The notes under the pieces: generated by a model
Database searches by the model: none
Told to the model about the DNA's origin: nothing
Seen by the model: only the letters and a program-made list of their open reading frames with translations
DNA from: Callorhinchus milii
Taxonomy: Eukaryota
Length of the DNA: 64,000 nt
Reading direction: 5' to 3'
Assembly: GCF_018977255.1 (NCBI RefSeq)
Contig: NW_024704742.1
Location: forward strand, 8,558,001 to 8,622,000
Shown: positions 13,920 through 26,610 of the stretch, in pieces
Numbering within the stretch: position 1 is the stretch's first letter
How the letters are laid out: the number at the start of each line of letters is the position of its first letter
Program-made: the position numbers and the translations under genes

Positions 13920-14810
13920 TATTGTGGTCCCTAATGTGGCTCCTAACAACATTCCATTCCTTGCTGATCAGCACTTGTGTTTCCACAGATACGAGGTAGT
14001 TGAAGGGCCTACGGTTCAGTGTAAATTCTTCAGAAGCTGCAGGGTGCTGGGTGCCAGGGGAGCCTTAAGGCCATGGGAATCTCGCGAGATGGCATCACGC
14101 AATGGTTCTCTGACTATCTGTTGTTCCTTATGGGAGACTGGAACATGTCAAAAACAGAACTTCAAAGGTGGAGCGAAACCCTTTGACAGTGGTGGTCTGC
14201 CATTCTGATGTTCACCAATTACATGGCCTCGGACTATCCCTCTTGTGGGGAGGTAAGTGGTGTCTTCTGAGAGCTGAACTGGCTCCAAGGTGACATGGCC
14301 TGGTACTAAAATGTTGGAATTGAACCGACCCTCTGTGATTGTCTCTTGTCTGGTTCCTGAGTCAGGTGGGTCCGCAGTATTCCAGGGCACTGCTGAGGAC
14401 AGCCCAGCCTGACTCATTAGCAGAACTTGGAAGGGCAGACTAGTCACTGAGAGCAGGGAGTCAGTCCTCTCAGCTCCTGTTAACCCTGCAAGGCAAAGCC
14501 CTAACAGGTATAGTGGTCCTTCTGGACAAGCAGCGGGAAAGCTTGCCGGACAGCAATATAAATTTGTTCATCTTGTTAGACTCCAGCAGTTACCCAACAC
14601 ACACTCTGAGTTCTCCAAGTCTTGCCTCTTGAAAACCTGCGCCTAACGCTCTCCAGAATTAGGTAAGCAGAATGCATCCCTCCAGCGCATTCCATTCCAA
14701 CAAACTATCTCTTGGATTTCTAAGTGTAGGTGGGATGCATGGAAATCTCAGCTTGGTTTGGGTAATTTTAAGCATAGTGATGGGTTTCTGCATGTGGCTG
14801 TCCCAAAACA
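13920..14810 (-). mobile_element. Decayed Tx1/L1-like LINE 5' region
   Basis: Homologous to 8100-8560 and 32960-33510. Confidence 0.45.
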
Positions 14811-14847
14811 AACTCCATTCCTTGTGTAAGAAATACATTCCTTATGT

Positions 14848-15163
14848 GGAGTCCTGTAGCCCAGTGGTTAGAGAACTCGCCTTGCAAGCGAGACACCTGG
14901 GTTCAATTCTAGGCAGAGGGCGAAACCTTGGGTAAGTTTCCTTACCCCACACGCCTAATAATAATCCCTCCAAAACAAAACGATAATAAATTGGTCATTT
15001 TCAATCCACGACTGTTTGTGGGACATTGCTGTGCACAATTGGCTGTCGTGTTTCGCCCACAAATACACAGTCAATTCACTTTACAGCATATTCTGTGAAG
15101 CGCTTTGAGACGTTGAGAAGACGTGAAAAGTGCTATATCAAATGCAAGGATTATAATTATTAT
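14848..15163 (+). mobile_element. tRNA-derived SINE
   Basis: gagtcctgtagcccagtggttag..cttgcaa..ggttcaattct head; (att)n tail. Confidence 0.9.
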
Positions 15164-15859
15164 AAGTGAAGTCCTCTGATGATCCAACTCTCCCCACTCA
15201 CCCGTGTAAGTCATGCCCCCAGTGTAAGACATGCCCCCCCAGTGTAAGACACCCCACCCCCAGTATAAGACTGCCCGGCCCCCCACCCACAGTATAAGAT
15301 TGGCCTCCTTGCCTCGGTGACTGTGTGCGGGTGTAATTGTTGGGGAGCTGTGTGTTTGGGGGCTGTTTGTGTGTGGGTGGGGGATCTATGTGTTCGGGGT
15401 CTGTGTATGTGTCTGCTGATGTATGTGGGGGGAACTGTGTGTGTGGGAGGAACTATGTGTGTGTGGGCGGAACTATGTGTGTGGGCGGAGCTGTATGTGT
15501 GTGGGGGGGACTGTGTATGTAGGGAGGCTGTGTGTGTGTGTGTGTGTGTGTGGTGGGGACTGGGTGATATTTCTGCAGCCTGTGTTGTCGATCAGGTGCT
15601 TCAAATAAAACAAACTTAATCAGCAAAAAAGCTGTTTAATGATAATAATATTCTTTGATATGATGATATTTGGAGTTTTTACATTTCTATATTAATTGCT
15701 ATTTCCCTGCCTCGTAGATCAGGAACTGGACTGCACAACAACAACTTGCATTTTCACAGCAACCTTCACACAGGGCAGTGTCTCGAAGCGCTTCACAGTG
15801 GCAGAGCCTGACCCTGAGCCGGGGGCAAACTCACTGGACCTGACAAGAGCATGGCTGGG

Positions 15860-16400
15860 GATCCAAGCTCTTACATGAATGTCTTCAGGCGTGATCTGAA
15901 AGAGGGGAGGGAGGGAAAGTGGTGGAGGGATTGCAGAGAGAGTTCAAGTTTCGGTGCGTAGTGCCTGAAAGTGTGTCCGCCAATGGTGGAGAGGAGGGGA
16001 TGAGGGACAATCGGGAAGGCCGGAGGCAGCTGAGCGGAGGCAGCAGGTAGTGAAGTGCGGAGAAAGCAGATTGGAGAGGTAAGGAGTTGCTGGGGGTGTT
16101 GGGATTTGTAAACGAGTGTGAGGATCTTAAAGTTGATCCACTCTGTGATAGGAAGCCAGTGGAGCCAAGCGAGTACTGGTGTGATGGGGGTACGGATTTT
16201 AGTGTGTGATAGGAAGCCAGTGGAGCCTGGGGAGGATCAATGTGATGGGGGTACAGAGTTTAGAGTGTACGAGTACACAGGAGGTGGAATTTGGGAGTAG
16301 TTGTAGTTTGTGGGTAGTGGAGCTGGGGAGACCAGCAAGGAGGATATTAAAGGTGTGGACGAGGATTTCAGCTGACGAGGATTTATCCCTGGTGTAAGCT
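15860..16400 (-). mobile_element. L2 LINE 3' fragment
   Basis: LLAGLPSSTTHKLQL..PITLILPRLHWLPI. Confidence 0.8.
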
Positions 16401-17769
16401 GTGCACAAGGACAGGGTGAGATGTCTGTATTGGGATTCCCAGACACAGCCCCATATCTGGAAAATGTGTCATTTATGACATGATCAAGTGTAGATGCAGT
16501 GCTGCTCGGTGGGGGGAACATGAGCTGATCCCCTCCATGGCTAACAGATCGCTTATCTGCAGTTTGTGGGATTCAGGGAAGTCTAATACAGCAGCAATCA
16601 GTGCTTTTGGAGGGGAGAGGGAGAAAACATCCTGCGTGACTTTGTTAATGTATCACAATGTCAGTTCCAGCGCAGCATTGCAATTTAATCTGTTTTCAGG
16701 CAGCATCCGAGCTCCTGCGCAAAATATCCAGTCAAATCGAGAAGTGTTTTGCTGTAGTTATTGAGATCAGATTTTAAGTGGGATTGAGAAAGTAAACCTT
16801 TGGAACCACAGAACAAGAGCTCCCAGGTTCAGAGTTGCAGAGGGCGATTTCAGGACAGAAAGCAGGAAATATTTATTTACCAGAGGGTTAATTAAACCAT
16901 TTGCCAGGCAGAGTATTTGAGGCCAGATTGCAGTGATGGGTAGGATGTGTATTCTGGATAGAGGAGGAAAAATACTCATAAAAATCATAAAAATCTTACT
17001 TTTAATATTGTCCAGTAGTCTTTTTTATGTCCTCTTTGCCTTCCTAATTTTTTGTTTTGCTATTTTTCTGTGCCCATATCACAGATATATATTGATTATT
17101 ATAAAAACATTCTGATTTCTAGGTTGATACGAGGCCCTGAAGTCACCAGCAAACACTCATATCCATTTACCTGCTGCTGGCTGGATTTATCTAAACTGGT
17201 GGTTAATATGTAATCTTCAGTGTTCAATAATAATAATAATTCTTGCAGTTGATTTGACATCTTATCATATCTTAGTCTCAAAGCACTTCACAGAATATAC
17301 TATAACGCGAATTGACGGTGTACTTTGTGGGCAAAATGCGGCAGCCAACAATGCACAAAGCAGGTTTCTTCTGCCTAGAGTGAGAGTGAGCATCCTGTTT
17401 AAATAAACATGTGTCAGATACCCAGCTGACCAAAAAGAAATGTGTATACCCAATCACCGTGCTTAAAACTCTTTAAACCAAACTGAGAATTCATGTATCC
17501 CACCTACACATGGAAATTCCAGAGATGTTTAACTGGAATGGAATGCAACATTTTTGAAAACAGAGAGGTTTATCTGTCTCTGGACACACACCCTTCCCAT
17601 TGATCACTGATGAATTGTTTTACACACTAAATTCAAATTTAAATATAAGATGTGATCAGAATGACTGTAGTTATTGTCACTGAGGATAGAGTGATTGGAT
17701 TGACATTGGTTTTCTTTATTTCCAAAGGTTGTTCAGAAATATCATCAACGACAGGAAAGAGTTCACATA

Positions 17770-17791
17770 ATGGCAGGGATTCTCAAACCAG
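17770..17791 (+). CDS. APOL: APOL-like copy 1, start exon (MAGILKP, phase 1); whole exon ~17728-17791
   Basis: ttccaaag acceptor, then ATG GCA GGG ATT CTC AAA CCA G|gtaatt. Paralogous exon at 32796-32859. Phase matches the downstream 25-nt micro-exon. Confidence 0.65.
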
Positions 17792-17824
17792 GTAATTAAT
17801 CTATTGGAATTGATGAAAATTGGA

Positions 17825-18115
17825 AAGTCCTGTAGCTCAGTGGTTAGAGCACTCGCCTTGCAAGTGAGAGGACCTGGGTTTGATTCCCGGGCAGGGCGGA
17901 TTGCTCTTCTGAGGGTAATAATCCCTTCAAAAAGAAATAATAATTTGGTCATGCAATCCATGACTGTTTGTGGGACACTGCTGTGAGTAGTTGGCTGCCA
18001 TGTCTCGCTAAAAGATATGCAGTCAAGTCATTTTACAGTATATTTTGTTAAGTGTTGAGACATTTCAAAGACGTGATAAGGTGCTAAATCAAATGTAAGG
18101 ATTATTATTTTTATT
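17825..18115 (+). mobile_element. tRNA-derived SINE in the intron after the copy 1 start exon (absent from copy 2)
   Basis: A box TAGCTCAGTGG, B box GGTTTGATTCC. The paralogous intron at 32860-32930 is uninterrupted. Confidence 0.9.
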
Positions 18116-18412
18116 AAAATATGAACCTATTAATATTAACCCAAAACAAGTAATTTAGTGATTGGAATTGATGGCAATATTAACTTTCTATTCCAATCCT
18201 GCGCCCACTGCACCGAATAAGATAACAACCACCTGCCATCCCTCAGAATCAGGAGCAGCCCTGAGCCATCAAACACAACCCCACTGTCTGAAACCCCATC
18301 ACATTGAACCTCTTACCCCCACCTTCACACTCACTTAAATTCCACCAACTATGGTGACTGCGTGTGCCTGTGTGTGTTGGGGAGGGGTGGTATCTATGTG
18401 CTTCTTTCAGTC

Positions 18413-18426
18413 AGTTTCTCTTTCTT
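18413..18426 (+). promoter_or_regulatory. ISRE-like element
   Basis: AGTTTCTCTTTCTT matches the ISRE consensus AGTTTCNNTTTCY. It lies just upstream of a conserved exon-like block ending GAGTG|gtgagg (18594). AP-1-like TGACTCA at 18481. Confidence 0.5.
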
Positions 18427-18448
18427 GCTGTGTCTCTGAGTCTCTGTT

Positions 18449-18680
18449 ATGTTGAGTTTTCCCCACTCGCGGCTCCTGTGTGACTCACTGTGTTTGCCAG
18501 GAAAGAAGCCAAACCTTAACAGCAGTAGAGCTGTCACATTGCTGCTCTGCTCCTGTCGCTGCCGAGGGGAGATCGCTTTGTTTACCCGCGAGTGGTGAGG
18601 ACATTCCCTCCTGTGTGGTCACTGTATCAGTCAGGATTGTGTCTGTTCACTCTGCTAGTTGCAGATAATAACCAGTTATA
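18449..18680 (+). repeat. Near-identical paralogous block (possible alternative first exon plus intron); copy at 37703-37930
   Basis: Direct match (ccccactcgcggctcctgtgtgac...gagtggtgaggacattccctcc). A partial third copy starts at 33526. Confidence 0.9.
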
Positions 18681-18704
18681 TTTTTTGCACTACTTATTTA
18701 CCAG

Positions 18705-18729
18705 ATGCAGATCTTGATGGGATGTACTG
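18705..18729 (+). CDS. APOL: APOL-like copy 1, 25-nt micro-exon ((D)ADLDGMY(W))
   Basis: ttaccag|ATGCAGATCTTGATGGGATGTACTG|gtacgtacag. Same length, phase and donor as three paralogous micro-exons. Confidence 0.65.
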
Positions 18730-19499
18730 GTACGTACAGTCATAAAATTGTGGGTCAATAACTATATGGGTGTGGGTTTGCACTACTCCAACAAAGCCAT
18801 CTACTCAACTCCTCTGCTCTTTCACCATATCCTTTAACACCTGCTCTTCATATGTTCCTATTAAATTGTCTTTCAAAATACCACAATCAATGCTGCTTCA
18901 ACAGACACTGCTGGAAATTCATTCCATGTTCTGAGAATCCTTTCCCTAACTTTCCTAACTTCACTTTATCTTTTGTCCAACTCTGTCTGATTGTTGTTTC
19001 TTGTTCTATTATCTCTCATCATTCAGTCAATACCACCACCACAGACCTGGTGTGGGATTCAGACCCCAGACATCACCCTCTGGTCAGGCCTTGAATACTG
19101 CAGACAGCTCTGATCACTGTGACATAAAGGGACTGCCCTGACACTAGAGACAGTGCAGAGGAGAGCAATGTGGCTGATCAATGTGTTAGAGGAATGAGCT
19201 GTGAGCAATAACTAGACAAGCTCAGGCTCAGTCTTGAGAGAAGACGACTCAGGGGGAGAACTCATAGAGGTGTGTAACATTTTAAATGGGATTGAAAAGG
19301 TAAACCCAGATCAATACTTTAGAATGCTTTAAGGCAGTAGAACAAGTGGAGACAGGGTTGGAGATGTAAAGTACAACTTCAGGACAGACATCAGGAATTT
19401 GTCTTTACCCAGAGGGTAATTAACAACTGGAACACATTGTCCAGGAAGAATGGTTGAGACCAGGACATTGGCCACATTTTTCTCCATCTCCTCAGTCAC

Positions 19500-20450
19500 T
19501 TTTGTTGGTCAGCTGTGTGTCTGACACATGCAGAAACCCAACACCATGCTTAAGAGTATCGAAACCAAACAGAGAATTCCATGCAGCCTACCTACACGTG
19601 GAAATTCCAAAGATAGATTGGTGCTTTCCCAACTCCAGAAAGTATTAGGAACAGGTTGGCAAAATCCAATGCTTGGGGCCCCCAGAGTGTGTGTTGGGGT
19701 ACTGATGGAGTCTAACCAGCTGATACCGCCGAGCTTTCCATTGATAGGACAGTATGACATGCTTTCCCCATCACTTGTCCAGCTAAGACCACCCTATCCG
19801 TTAAGGCTTTGGCTTGCATTTTCCCAGGTCATTAATTTCACGTTCAACTTCCATGCCCGCTTATCAATCCTACAGCTTTCCCAGACTTGCAGGTTAGCCT
19901 GCAGGAGGCGCTGGTCCATAAAGGACGTCAGCGGGACATCTGCACTCTCTACTTCGTGATCTCTCGAAGGGAACAGGAAATCGATACGCAAAAAAAAAGA
20001 CCCATCTGGCCTGGAAAACATAAACGGTTTTGGTGCACTGTGTGCAGGGACCTTAAAGCTGTCACATAACCACGTGTCCTTCGCCACTTTTAGGAGAAGC
20101 TTGTTGATGACATCCAGTTTCCCGTTAGTCCTGCTGGATCTAAGATGCAATTGAAATCCTTACTTGGAATGACTGGCCTAGATGTGATGAAGGACGGAGA
20201 AAGCATCTTGAGCAGCCCAGACCCTCTTTCCTCCCCGTCAGGGTACACACATTAATGAACCTGATTGGAGCAACTCTATTAACATGTCCACCACTAGACA
20301 TCTACCCCCCACCACCTCCTTATGGTCAATGATAATGAGTTTCTCTGCAGTAGGACCATCACTCCAGAGCTGCAGCTATCTTTACTCCCGGACCAAACAG
20401 AGGGTCCTTTAGGAGACCAGCACTTAGCCCAGGCTCTGTAGCTGTCGGAG
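19500..20450. mobile_element. Tx1/L1-like LINE remnant: 5' region on +, AP-endonuclease fragment on -
   Basis: Minus-strand ORF 19794-20150: KLD..LLKVAKDTWLCDSF..FMFSRPDGSFFLRIDFLF..FMDQRLL, an endonuclease RID/SDH-like region. Confidence 0.6.
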
Positions 20451-20489
20451 TGGAGGATACTGCCCTACTGCAGCAACAGGATATCAGCA

Positions 20490-20940
20490 CTTGCACTGCT
20501 TCGCTGCCTCTCTGCCTTCCTTCACCACTTCTGCCTTCCTTTGCGGTCTGTCTGCCCTCCTTCACGGCCCCTCAGCCCTCTTTCACTGCCTCTCCGCCCT
20601 CCATCATGGACACTCTGCCCTCCATCACTGCCACTCTGCACTCCCTGCCCTCCTTCACTGCCTCTCTGTCTGCCTTCCTTCACTGCCTCTCTGCCCTCCT
20701 TCACTGCCTCTCTGCCCTCCTTCACTGCCCCTCTGCCCTCCTTCATTGCCCCTCTGCCCTCCTTCACTGCCTCTCTGCCCTCCTTTACTGCCCCTCTGCT
20801 CTCCTTCACTGCCCCTCTGCCCTCCTTCACCTCCCCTCTGCCCTCCTACACTGCCTCTCTGCCCTCCTTCACTGCCTCTCTGCCCTCCTTCACTGCCCCT
20901 CTGCCCTCCTTCACTGCCTCTCTGCCCTGCTTCACTGCCA
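20490..20940. repeat. 21-bp minisatellite (ctgccctccttcactgcctct)
   Basis: About 20 tandem units. Confidence 0.95.
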
Positions 20941-21244
20941 CTCATCTACTCTATACACTTGCACATATCCTGGTTATCTGCCCCAGATATCAGCTCAGAT
21001 CACCCATCTGGTTATTAATCATATCAGCCTTGGCTGGTTAAACTACAATATACAATAAGTAACAGCAGACGACAGCTTCAAATACAAAATTCTTTTTCAG
21101 AGAATTAACTCTTCATAATCCATTACTCCACATATTGGCATCTTCTCATATCACACATGTTGCATTTCGGCTGCATTTGGGGTAAGGTAGGGTTGGATAT
21201 GAGCAAAGTATGAGGAGGTGGAGGAAGGAGGTCCTCTCTGCCTC

Positions 21245-22270
21245 TCTGGAAGTTTGCACTCATCCAGGCCCTGATGTCTGCCACACAAGCTGATAAAACA
21301 TCGGTGGACCTGGAGTTGATAGTGGAGGAGGCAAAGTAGATTTGTGTGTCATCTGCATACATGTGAAAGTTTACCCCACATCTGCAGAGGGAGCTTATGC
21401 ATGATGAGAATAAGAGGGCCAAGTATGGAGCCCTCGGGCCCACAGGTGACTGGACAGGGTGGGAGGAGAAACCATTTGCCGAGATGAAGTGGAGGCAGTT
21501 GGTTAAATAGGACTTGAAAAATGCGAGTGAGGTCCCTCTAAGGTGGATAAGGGAGGAGAGGCATTGGAGGAGGATGGCATGGTCAACTGTGTCAAATGCG
21601 GCAGAGAGATCCAGGAGGATGAGGAGGCAGAGGGAGCCCTGGTCACAGATAGAGAGAATGTCAATTGTGATTTTGACAAGTGCTGTCTCTATGCTGTGGG
21701 CAGTCAGGGTGACAACCAGGGGCTCGAGGAGGGAGTGGAGGGAGAGGTGTGACAGAAGTTGATCTGCAACAATGCATTCCAGGACTTTGGCAAGGAAGTG
21801 TAGCTTGGACATGGGATGGTAATGTAAGAGATTAGAGGGATAAAGGGAGGATTTTTTGAGGAGGGGTGTGACAACAACAGTTTTCAGGGGGAGTGGAACA
21901 AGCCTGAGGATAGAGACAGGTTCACCATGTCAGCCACCAGTGGGGAGAGGTGTGGGGAGTGACCAGCAGCTGGGTGGGGACGGGGTCGAGGCAGCAGGTG
22001 GTGAACTTCATGTGATTGATTGTTGTTGAGAGGGAGGAGGGAGAAATGGGGACAAAGGAGTATGAGGAGGAGAGCGGCAGGAGATGTGTTGTAGGGAGAA
22101 GATAGTGTGGATGGTCTGGGTGGAGTGGAAAAAGACAAGGGGTGGGAGGACGATGCAGGCAAGCACACAGATGTTTTCAATCTTTGAGGCAAAGAAGTCA
22201 AGGACCTTTTCACATTTGGCATTTGATCTGAGGATAGAGGGGGCTTGAGGGGATGCACAGAGGAGGTGAT
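21245..22270 (-). mobile_element. L2 LINE RT fragment
   Basis: [41 protein letters not shown]. Confidence 0.9.
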
Positions 22271-22275
22271 AGATG

Positions 22276-24052
22276 GTGACCCCTGAGTGGCCATTATCTG
22301 CTGCCAGAGTCGCTCAGCTGAGTGACAGAAAGAGAGAGGGAGGGGGGACAGAGGAGAGGGAGAGAGAGAGGAGAGTGGTGAGGGCGGGGAGAGAGGGAGT
22401 GGGGAGAGAGGGAGTGGGGATAGAGGGAGGGAGAGAGAGGAGAGGGGAGAGAGAGGGGGGAGAGAGAGAGGGGGCGGGATAGAGGGGAAGGAGAGAGAGA
22501 GAAGGGGTACAGAGGGAGGGAGAGAGAGAGGGATAGAGGGGAGAGAGGGGGATAGAGGGGAAGAGAGGGAAGGGGATAGAGGGAAGGGAGAGAGAAAGGA
22601 GAGGGGAGAAGAGAATGGGAGAGGGGGAGAAAGAGGGGAGAGGGGAGAGAGAGAGGAGGGTGGGGAGGGGGAGAGAGGGGACAGAGCGAGAGAGAAGAGG
22701 GGTGGAGAGAAAGAGTGGGGGTGCTAGTGAGGCGGAGAGGGGAAGGGGGATTAGGAGAGAGTGGATGTGGGGAGAGGTGGGGGGGGAGAGAGAGGAGGAG
22801 AAGGAGAGAGGGGAGGGGGTAGCGAGAAGAGGGGAAGAGAGAGTGGTGGGGGAGAGAAGGAGAGAGGAGGGGTTAGTGAGGGGAAGAGAGAGTGGAGGGG
22901 GAGAGAGGGGGAGCGGGGAGAGAGGGGGAGGGGGGAGAGAGAGAGAAGGAGGGGGACAGAGAAGGGAAGGTGGCGAGAGAAGGGAGGGGGGAGAGTGGGG
23001 AGGGGGCACGATTGAGAGAGGACAGAGAGAGTGATTGAGAGGAGGAGAAGAGAGTGATTGACAGAGAGATAGAGAGAGAAAGAGCATGAGGGAGGGAGGG
23101 AAAAAGAAATAGAGGAGAGGGGGAGAGAGAGAAACCTAAAGACTGAGAGAGCAGAGAGAGGACAATTGAGGAGAGACGATTGGAGCCTCCCTCAGCCACC
23201 GCGGGGTGTGCGTGGGGGAGAACGAGGTCAGATACCAAGTGAAGAGACGTGCAGTTCCCTCAGAGAAAACTCCCTCTTTCCCCAGTGAGAAACTTCTCTT
23301 TGTCCTTCATCCTGCCCCCACCTCCCCCCGCCCTGACCCCATCTCACCGCTCAGCCAATCCTTTGCCCAACAAACACCAACTTTCTTCATGTCCCCCCAC
23401 CCCATCTGCCCCATTATTGCCATTTTCGTGGAGTCCTGTAGCTCAGTGGTTAGAGCACTCGCTTTGCAAGTGAGAGACCTGAGTTCAATTCCAGGCAGAG
23501 GGCGAAACCTTGGACAAGTTTCCTTACTCCACACAGAGCCTAATAATAATCCCTCCAAAACCAAAAACAATAATAAATTGTTCATTTTCAATCTACGACT
23601 GTTTGTGGGACATTGCTGTGCGCAATTGGCTGCCGCGTTCGCCCACAAATGCACAGTCAATTCACTTTACAGTGTGTTCTATGAAGCGCTTTGGGACATC
23701 CTCCTGACGTGAAAAGCACTATATCAAATGCAAGGATTATTATTATTATTATTACTGGTCCTTAAACCCTATGCCTAATTTACACTAACCAGAATATGAC
23801 AAATGTCGCAATATTCAGAAATAGAAAATAGCCTGACACTAAACTGTGACACCAGCATCTCTATTCAAAGTTAATTTACAAAGGCAAAACAACCCTGACC
23901 TGGAGGCGAAGCTCTCGGGTCAGGTATGTACCTCCTTAATGACATACAAGGCGAAGAGTAACCCTGAGTTCAGCAAGCCCCCTTCTTTTATATGTCCTAA
24001 CGCCGACCCTTTGCAATGTATCTCATCCATTTTCCATCCATCTTTCATCTCC
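22276..24052 (+). repeat. Inverted duplication, left arm (GA-rich tract, SINE, unique sequence); runs into the gap
   Basis: Reverse complement of ~39620-41981. Near-identical ORF-track peptides on opposite strands (MTPASLFKVNLQ.., QFPQRKLPLSP.., TPEWP.SAARVAQ). Confidence 0.95.
23429..23753 (+). mobile_element. tRNA-derived SINE
   Basis: Full head, core and (att)n tail. Confidence 0.9.
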
Positions 24053-24082
24053 NNNNNNNNNNNNNNNNNNNNNNNNNNNNNN
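24053..24082. other. Assembly gap (30 N)
   Basis: Run of N. The ~60 bp after it aligns poorly to paralogs and is probably low quality. Confidence 1.
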
Positions 24083-24118
24083 CCTAATCGCGATTGACTC
24101 TTTAGTGGTTAGTACGCT

Positions 24119-24714
24119 TTGCGGGTGCCGCCCAACAAACTGGGGGATACATCAATAGGAGAGATCGCCGATGATATTGACAAGTGTCAAGATAGAAGCA
24201 ACACTGCCAAAGTCGTGGGGTCTGCTGTGAAAATAGTTGGAGGGATTCTTGCAGTCGGAGGAGCACTCGCTGCTCCTTTTACCCTGGGGGCATCGTTGGG
24301 ACTCACGGCTGCGGGGGCTGGGATGGTCATCGCTGGCAATGTCACTAACTTCACAGCTCGTGTCGGATCGTCCTTCAAAAGAAAAAATAAGAAAAGACAA
24401 CTTGATGAGATTGTGAAGGAGTGTAGCTCAGCCCTTACAGAAATAGATAATTGTTTCCAGGTGAGCCGCAGCATGGAGTCAAACATGAAACACGGGAAGA
24501 CAAGGAAGAGGATCAAGAAGCTGATCACAAAAGGTATTCAATTTGCTGCCAAGTCCACTTTGTCATGCTTGCCCCTGCTGGGAGAAGTCACCTCGCTGAT
24601 CAGAAATGTGGTTAAGTACAAAATAGAAAAAAGAAAGCTGCAAAAATGATCCGAGAGAAAGCTGATCTCATGAAGGTTACATTAGATAAGCTGGACGAGG
24701 AGTACAATACATGA
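24119..24714 (+). CDS. APOL: APOL-like copy 1, terminal exon (5' part lost in the assembly gap; frameshift at A-run ~24627-24636)
   Basis: EIADDIDK...AKVVGSAVKIVGGILAVGGALAAPFTLGASLGLTAAGAG is the typical APOL hydrophobic hairpin. The -1 frame continues KAAKMIREKADLMKVTLDKLDEEYNT* (TGA 24712-24714). ATTAAA at 24801. Confidence 0.85.
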
Positions 24715-25429
24715 TTGTGACCCAAACAGCAGGAGACAAAAGCCCATGCATCACTGAGGGGCAGCCCTGTGAGTGAGGGAGTGATTGTTCTCAGAGTCAT
24801 ATTAAATATTAAACATTATTCCATTCCCTTCTTGATCCCCTTTGGTCTGATTTCCGCCCTGCCCACAGTTCAGAGACAATGCTTGTCAAAGTCTTCCCTC
24901 CCCCTGCCTCCATGTCCTCCATTACAGTTTTCTCTGCTTTGAGGGCCAATCATCCCATCCTTTCCCTGCTTCACTAGTTCCACTTCCCCCAGAGGATAGA
25001 ATTCAAGATCCTGGTCCTCACCTTTAAAGCCATCTGTGGTATTGCTCCTCCCTACGTTTACAACCTATTAAATCTGCACCAACCTGTCCACTCCCTCCGC
25101 TTTGCAGGCCCTGCCTGCTCCACAAACAATTTATGTCCAGTGCCTTGGGACGTCCTCCCAACATTCAAAAGTACTATCTGAATGCAATTTGTTGTTGTTA
25201 TTTGGAATGTGCTAATGAGGACAAAAGCTGTTAGCACCAAATGCTTTCTATCATTCTGTGAGAGTAGGAGCCCAACAATCGATCCCAAGAAAATAAGATG
25301 CAATTTTGTGTTCTTAAGGAAAGGTTTTATGACCTTAGGGGTCACAGTAGAATTATTATCATTTGGCCTCAACTTCGCCCCCACTCATTATCAGAATATG
25401 AAAAAAAAACAAATTGCTTTAGGGCGATG

Positions 25430-25796
25430 TATGTGATGTATGTACATATCCTACGAATGGAAAGGTGATTGGATGATCCAGTTTGTGAATATAGTTGGAC
25501 AATCTAACTGAATTCTAATGGGGTCAGACAGCTTCTGGCTCCTGTAAACTATGGGGTATAAGAATGGAAGTTTAGAAAATTTCAGTGGAGAAGCCTGAAG
25601 AAGCTAGCAAAAGCAAGTCACCACTCTCCCAGAGGAGATAACCAATCAATACCATAATTTTTGAGTCAGTCACCACTATATTCATATAAAGTTACCACTG
25701 TATTTCACTGTACTTGATTGAGATTTTCCCATTATTATCGATTAATAAAGTAGATAAGTTGATTGAACCCATTACAGATGTGGTTTATTTATTTCA
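25430..25796 (+). mobile_element. Possible solo LTR
   Basis: TG start, TATA-like ggtataag, AATAAA ~45 bp before a CA end. No target-site duplication verified. Confidence 0.3.
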
Positions 25797-26610
25797 CCCA
25801 CAAAATATACAGTTAATTCACTTTACACATTATTCTGTGAAGCACTTTGAGATGTCTCGAAGATGTGATAAGGTGCTATATCAAATGCAAGTATTATTAT
25901 TTTATTGTTGCAGGTGACTCTACACATAGAATTCTTAGTTTGGTTTGGATACTCTTAAGCATGGTGATAGGTTTCCATACGTGTCAAACACCTGGCTGAC
26001 CTGCCCAAAATAGTACATCTACGTTGCACACTCAAAGGTTAATATATCTTTCCTAGGGTTTGGTGTCCAAAATATCACAAAATATTCCAAATGAGGTCTC
26101 ACCAGCATTTTATAGAATTGTAACATCACTTCCTGACTCTTATATTCCAGCCCCATTGTGATAAATGCCAACATTAGCCTTTTTGATTACCTTCTGCACC
26201 TTTGTGCTATTTTTGATAGATTTCTGAACGGAAACACCAAGATTCCTTTGTTCATTAATCTGCCAAGTCTTTATCTGTCAAGAATGTATCTACTCATTCT
26301 TAGATCTAACATGAACCTCCTTGCACTTTACTAAATTAAACTACCACATTTCTGCTGCCATCCTCACAACATACCACAGCCTCTTTTGTGGAACTATATC
26401 AGAAATGCCTTCTGAAAATCAATGTAAACATTGACCATCCCATATCCACCACTAATGTGACCTCTTCAAACATTCCATCAGGTATGTCAAGCAAGACCTG
26501 CACTTTTCCATAATTCCATGCTGATTTTCCTTAATCATCTTATACCTGTCCAAGTGTTCTTTACTTTATCCCTTACTTTATTCCAATAGCTTTCCTAGAA
26601 CTGATGTTTG

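Noticed and set aside
17825..17895. tRNA-Ala-like sequence (also at 14848, 23429, 35336)
   Set aside because: These are SINE heads continuing into a shared core and L2-like tail, not standalone tRNA genes.
18501..18594. Possible internal coding exon of copy 1 (cag|GAAAG..GAGTG|gt)
   Set aside because: At 94 nt, inclusion would shift the frame and create TGA at the junction. It fits an alternative first exon or non-coding sequence better.
20450..21058. Repetitive ORFs (LLHCPSA, FTASLPS)
   Set aside because: A 21-bp minisatellite open in most frames, with no splice or homology support.
24187..24528. Antisense ORFs over APOL exons (also 59103-59799)
   Set aside because: Shadow frames of the real + strand coding sequence.
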